A DNA stretch of 64,000 nucleotides, taken from Eubacteriales bacterium. GTDB taxonomy: Bacteria; Bacillota; Desulfotomaculia; Desulfotomaculales; Nap2-2B. The stretch is from NCBI GenBank assembly GCA_041653135.1, contig JBAZGB010000003.1, forward strand, positions 421-64,420, written 5' to 3'. Positions 61,101-64,000 of the stretch are shown one piece after another. The position numbers were made by a program, and so were the translations under genes. Positions within the stretch are counted from its first letter, which is position 1. Each line of letters starts with the position of its first letter. Below the pieces are notes generated by a model. It worked only from the letters and a program-made list of their open reading frames with translations. It was not told the origin of the DNA and ran no database searches.

Positions 61101-62009
61101 TTGGACCTGCCTCTTCAGTTCCTCGCTGACATCCTTAGCGGCGCGGCTGAAAGGCAAAAAATGAATCTTTTGAAAAGCCTTGTGCAGTTCCCCCCAGGAA
61201 AGACTGCAGCAGCGGATAAGCTCATTAATATTTACCAAATCATCTTGCAAGGCGCTGAAATACCCGCGAGGGCCGTCAGGCTTCAAACTTAATTCAGCAG
61301 CATTTTCCGCAAGCTGGAGGATTGTTTTAAGCTGGCAGGTCAAATATTTTTTTAAAACACTTACCCAGGGAAGGTCTTCAAGAACGAAATCCTCAGAGGG
61401 ATAAAAGCTTTTTGCGGCTGATTTCAGCCACCGCTCCGGCTCGGGTGTGCTTCGGGCAAAATCATACAGGCGCAAAACCAATTCCTGAAGTTCACTGTCA
61501 TCCCGGGCGCCACCATAGCAATCAACCAGATCGGTAAAGGCTGAATTTTCCTGACAATCATAGCGCGATTCAAACAGCCCTTCGCAGGCTGCCGCCCTGA
61601 GCAGGGCGGCTTCATCCTCCCCAAGCACGCGTATTGCAGGATCAAGACCTATTTTAAAGAAGTTTTGCCTGATCAGGTCAAGACAAAACGAATGAATGGT
61701 GCCGATTGAAGATCTGTTGATCAGCTGCAGTTGGCGCTGCAGCCGCCGGGAAAAAGGCTTTCTGTCAAGCTCATCAGCCAATGCCTGGCTTATCCTGCCG
61801 CGCATCTCGGCAGCAGCGGCATTCGTAAATGTGACGACAAGCAGACGGTCCAGATCAACCGGATCCTTTTGATTGGCAATCAGGTTGATAATCCGTCCGA
61901 CCAAAACCGAAGTTTTGCCTGTTCCCGCTGAGGCTGAAACCAGTACATTGCAGCCAATCGTATTTATGGCGAGTTTTTGTTCCTCAGTCCAGTTAATGCC
62001 GGCAGTCAA
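58182..62009 (-). CDS. addA: ATP-dependent helicase/nuclease subunit A
   Basis: SASAGTGKT, LVDEYQD, VGDVKQSIYRFR, SIHKSKGLEF, YVAMTRA; nuclease QGIID...DFKTD. Confidence 0.96.
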   Translation of the reverse strand: MTAGINWTEEQKLAINTIGCNVLVSASAGTGKTSVLVGRIINLIANQKDPVDLDRLLVVTFTNAAAAEMRGRISQALADELDRKPFSRRLQRQLQLINRSSIGTIHSFCLDLIRQNFFKIGLDPAIRVLGEDEAALLRAAACEGLFESRYDCQENSAFTDLVDCYGGARDDSELQELVLRLYDFARSTPEPERWLKSAAKSFYPSEDFVLEDLPWVSVLKKYLTCQLKTILQLAENAAELSLKPDGPRGYFSALQDDLVNINELIRCCSLSWGELHKAFQKIHFLPFSRAAKDVSEELKRQVQVLRERIKRNLRNLAEEFFSREPDEYLSELETVAPLVHELVELVLDFDKMYQQVKKAQGVVDFSDLEQYALQILCIRGDQPGALIPSEAALKLQERFDHVLVDEYQDINEVQDAILNLVSRQGAKVSNLFMVGDVKQSIYRFRLAEPGLFQARQNSFTLLESKTDRIENYDPGIALCLTNNMRSTRNIINGVNFIFTLMMTPGVGEIDYSKNPLKFGAARPPAKTKTLFSNDAIEFHLLNFDRGYDELPDGEDASETSGESPVGESKESHDGESFEGMEERQVEARYIAGRIKEIITEARREGNNLSYRDIAVLMRSTIQAAGVFLEEFSAAGVPAYAESATGYFQASEVKIIISLLSLIDNPRQDIPLAGVLRSPLVGIGVEGMAKIRLCKKEGDFYDAVLTAAGMPSDELTGRLVVFLSMLEHWRTMSRQCRLPDLIHDIYRKTGYYDYAGGLPGGDQRQANLRALYDRACQYEGTVFRGLYRFLIYIERLQQNNRDLGSARVLGENEDVVRIMSIHKSKGLEFPVVFIAGLNRPFNFQDLNRNILLHKKLGIGPQLVNAAGRYSYPTLPKLALKAALKMETIAEELRILYVAMTRAREKLILVGRVADFQKEVLKWSNAVYFKEKQPFEPHLISAGSFLDLLGVALIRRRDAENLYRSAGLDLDLNTFEDISRWEMKIRHNDYKMQAVEEALPAQTAGILEKVQKLETLEGENGNEGKVKHQLGWSYPFNCFSVKPAKMTVTGLREHSLNNDRDNSQLIFPEEKADHGQSARRPNFLQKTRFLTGAEKGSAVHLIMRHLNLSGKLTNKSICDQIADLQKREILTEGQAGVINPDHLLAFFESPLGERVLSANKTYRETPFLIAVPANEIYSCSVESNSLSGKSLETSSAFIEQTVVVQGIIDCLLEEEGGLVVIDFKTDYISPGNWERMKALAARYRIQIEMYARAAQSVLNLPVKEKYLYFFGAGSYRL

Positions 62010-62030
62010 ACGGCATATCCCCTTTTACAA

Positions 62031-63029
62031 CTATTTGATGATACCTGTTAAAAAAGGCGCCAGTTCCGTACCACCGGCCAGTTCTTTAAGGAGCTTATCC
62101 TCATCATCGCTAAAGGTCACTCCGCTAGATTTATCCTTGCTCAATTCCTCTTTACTCTTCAGATCGCGAATGCGCTCCAACTTTTTATATTTGTTGTAGT
62201 AATCTATGGTATCCCGTAAAAAATCCAGCGCTGCCTTTCCGCTCTGGCCTTTGCCGTTAAGCTCGGCAATTAACTTGGCGGCCTTTTGGTCGATTTCCAG
62301 TAAGGGCTGGCCGTGATATTGCCGTTCAACTTCCAGCACAGCGTAGCTGGCGTCTTCAAAGTTATTTTGATCGGGATTCAATACGGTCAGGTTGCTGTTC
62401 AGCGACAATCCTTCACCGACCGATTTGTTAAAGCAGACAAAATAGCCGGGCTGCAGGAGTTTATGGCCCTTTTCCGGTTCCACAACTTCCAGCGTCAAAC
62501 GCTCGTCAATTATTTGATCATGGTTGTTTATGTTTTCAATCAGTTTTAAAAGAGCGGAGGACCCAAAAGAAACGGAAGCCGCATATGGCGCAAGGTGAGG
62601 AAAGGTTACGGCGACACTTTTAGACACATTGCTAACCGCTTCAATTAAACCAGGATCAACGCCGTCCATATCATAGACCTGTATTCTGATGGTTAGCATA
62701 TTTTTTTCCACATTAAAATCCCGGATCGTCAAAACAACATCGTTGAAGAAGTCTCCCTGCCAGCCCTTTTCAACATCTTTCTGTAAAAAGTGAAGGCGTT
62801 GAACAGGCGGCTCATTCCCAAACTGCGATGTAGTCACTATGGCGACGTCGTTTTTATCCCAGGGCAGCCAATCATATTTTTCCAGGATCATCACACCGCG
62901 TACCCGTACAGTCATCGGCTGGGCGTTCCCGAAAACAGAAGAACCATCAAAAAGCCGGTCAAGACGGTCTGATAAAGCCACTGATTCACCAATCCGGGAA
63001 GGAGCGCACATCCATTTAACATCTGACAT
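62031..63029 (-). CDS. Hypothetical protein
   Basis: 332-aa ORF with an AAAGGATG RBS, tightly packed between neighbouring genes; no motif recognised. Confidence 0.75.
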   Translation of the reverse strand: MSDVKWMCAPSRIGESVALSDRLDRLFDGSSVFGNAQPMTVRVRGVMILEKYDWLPWDKNDVAIVTTSQFGNEPPVQRLHFLQKDVEKGWQGDFFNDVVLTIRDFNVEKNMLTIRIQVYDMDGVDPGLIEAVSNVSKSVAVTFPHLAPYAASVSFGSSALLKLIENINNHDQIIDERLTLEVVEPEKGHKLLQPGYFVCFNKSVGEGLSLNSNLTVLNPDQNNFEDASYAVLEVERQYHGQPLLEIDQKAAKLIAELNGKGQSGKAALDFLRDTIDYYNKYKKLERIRDLKSKEELSKDKSSGVTFSDDEDKLLKELAGGTELAPFLTGIIK

Positions 63030-63051
63030 TAAAAATCATCCTTTCCTAATT

Positions 63052-64000
63052 TTATTTTAGGCTAGCGCAGCTTTGGCTGTTAGACAGTAAAAACCAGAGT
63101 CCGGCGGCCAACTTTTCAACGTAGCCCCTGCCCTTTTGTCCCTCTTCCAGATGATCCAGCCATCGTCCGGGGATTCCCTTCCTGCCGTGATACGCGCCGC
63201 TGATCGCCCCCGTCATGGCCCCGATTGTATCGGTATCACCTCCCAGGTTAACTGCTTTGACAACTGCTTTTTCAAAACTTCCGGGATTAGCTAAAAATGA
63301 ATATATGCAAGTACAAACTGATTGAATAGCTTTTACGCCATTGCCCAGTTCCCGGACAATTCTCTCAACAGCCGGTTCAATTTCAAGCAATTTTTCCACA
63401 CAATCAAGTTTTTCCCTGTATTCCCCGGCTTCGGGAGAAAGCGAACTTTTCAGGCTGCGCAAAAAACCTTTTTTATCCAGGGGATACCGGCTGTCGGCGG
63501 TCAGGGCAAGAGCGACGGCGGATGCCTGAAGCGCCGCCCCTTCTATAGCCTGGGGATGGGCATGAGTCAGGCGGGCTGATCCGGCGGCAAACTTTCTCAA
63601 TTCATCCGGACGGCCAACATAGAGACAGGCTACCGGGGCAATCCGCATTGCGGCGCCGTTGCCGTAAGACCCGCCCGGAAACACTTCTTTTACAGCCTGT
63701 TCCCAGGGTGTTCCGCTCTTGATTAACTGCAGTACCCGTGTTGTCCCGGAGCCGTATCCGCGGCGCTGATTATAATTCCTGCAGAAAGCAAGAGCCATAT
63801 GCTGATCGTTAAATGTTCCGCATTCTATTAAAGACTCGGCAATACCGATCATCATTTCCGTATCGTCCGTATAGCTGCCGGCTTTAAGGCGTCCGGGCAA
63901 AATCTCTTTAATCTCTCCATATCTTTCCGAGATTTCCCGGAAAGACCAGCCTTCAACCGGCATACCAAGCGCATCGCCTGTGAAGGCGCCCAAAATAGCG
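63052..64000 (-). CDS. ADP-ribosylglycohydrolase family protein (5' end off window)
   Basis: GDALG, YTDDTEM, GNGAAMR, GGDTDTIGAMTGAISGAYHG. The frame stays open to the window edge. Confidence 0.92.
   Translation of the reverse strand, partial: AILGAFTGDALGMPVEGWSFREISERYGEIKEILPGRLKAGSYTDDTEMMIGIAESLIECGTFNDQHMALAFCRNYNQRRGYGSGTTRVLQLIKSGTPWEQAVKEVFPGGSYGNGAAMRIAPVACLYVGRPDELRKFAAGSARLTHAHPQAIEGAALQASAVALALTADSRYPLDKKGFLRSLKSSLSPEAGEYREKLDCVEKLLEIEPAVERIVRELGNGVKAIQSVCTCIYSFLANPGSFEKAVVKAVNLGGDTDTIGAMTGAISGAYHGRKGIPGRWLDHLEEGQKGRGYVEKLAAGLWFLLSNSQSCASLK

Overview
This 64-kb window comes from a spore-forming, probably anaerobic Firmicute (Desulfotomaculum/Pelotomaculum-like by gene content; an inference). 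Almost all genes are on the minus strand. 1-10.5 kb is an accessory cell-surface island. It holds a cohesin-type protein (truncated by the window edge), two dockerin proteins, two SLH proteins and a 955-aa secreted protein with about 31 Cys and one CxxCH. Upstream of these is a three-gene extracytoplasmic thiol-redox cassette: a CxxC protein, a VKOR homologue, and a rhodanese ending C-G-G-UGA followed by a SECIS-like hairpin, i.e. a candidate CxxU selenoprotein. 10.7-27.6 kb is the conserved ftsH-tilS-spoIIE...yabP/Q-HU-mazG-spoVT-mfd core block. It is followed by purC, an intact sigK, a glycosylation locus (WcaJ-like, GT4, O-antigen-ligase/TPR), guaB, a PBP5-type peptidase, MFS plus deacetylase, an acyl-CoA ligase with a degenerate P-loop, htrA, selB-selA, menG, a DDxxD-less prenyl synthase, speD, gltX, addA and an ADP-ribosylglycohydrolase. 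I saw no tRNA, rRNA, CRISPR array or intact transposase. Best candidate new system: VKOR/selenoprotein-assisted disulfide formation serving a Cys-rich, cohesin-dockerin/SLH-assembled cell-surface layer. All family assignments come from recognising motifs by eye; no database search was run.
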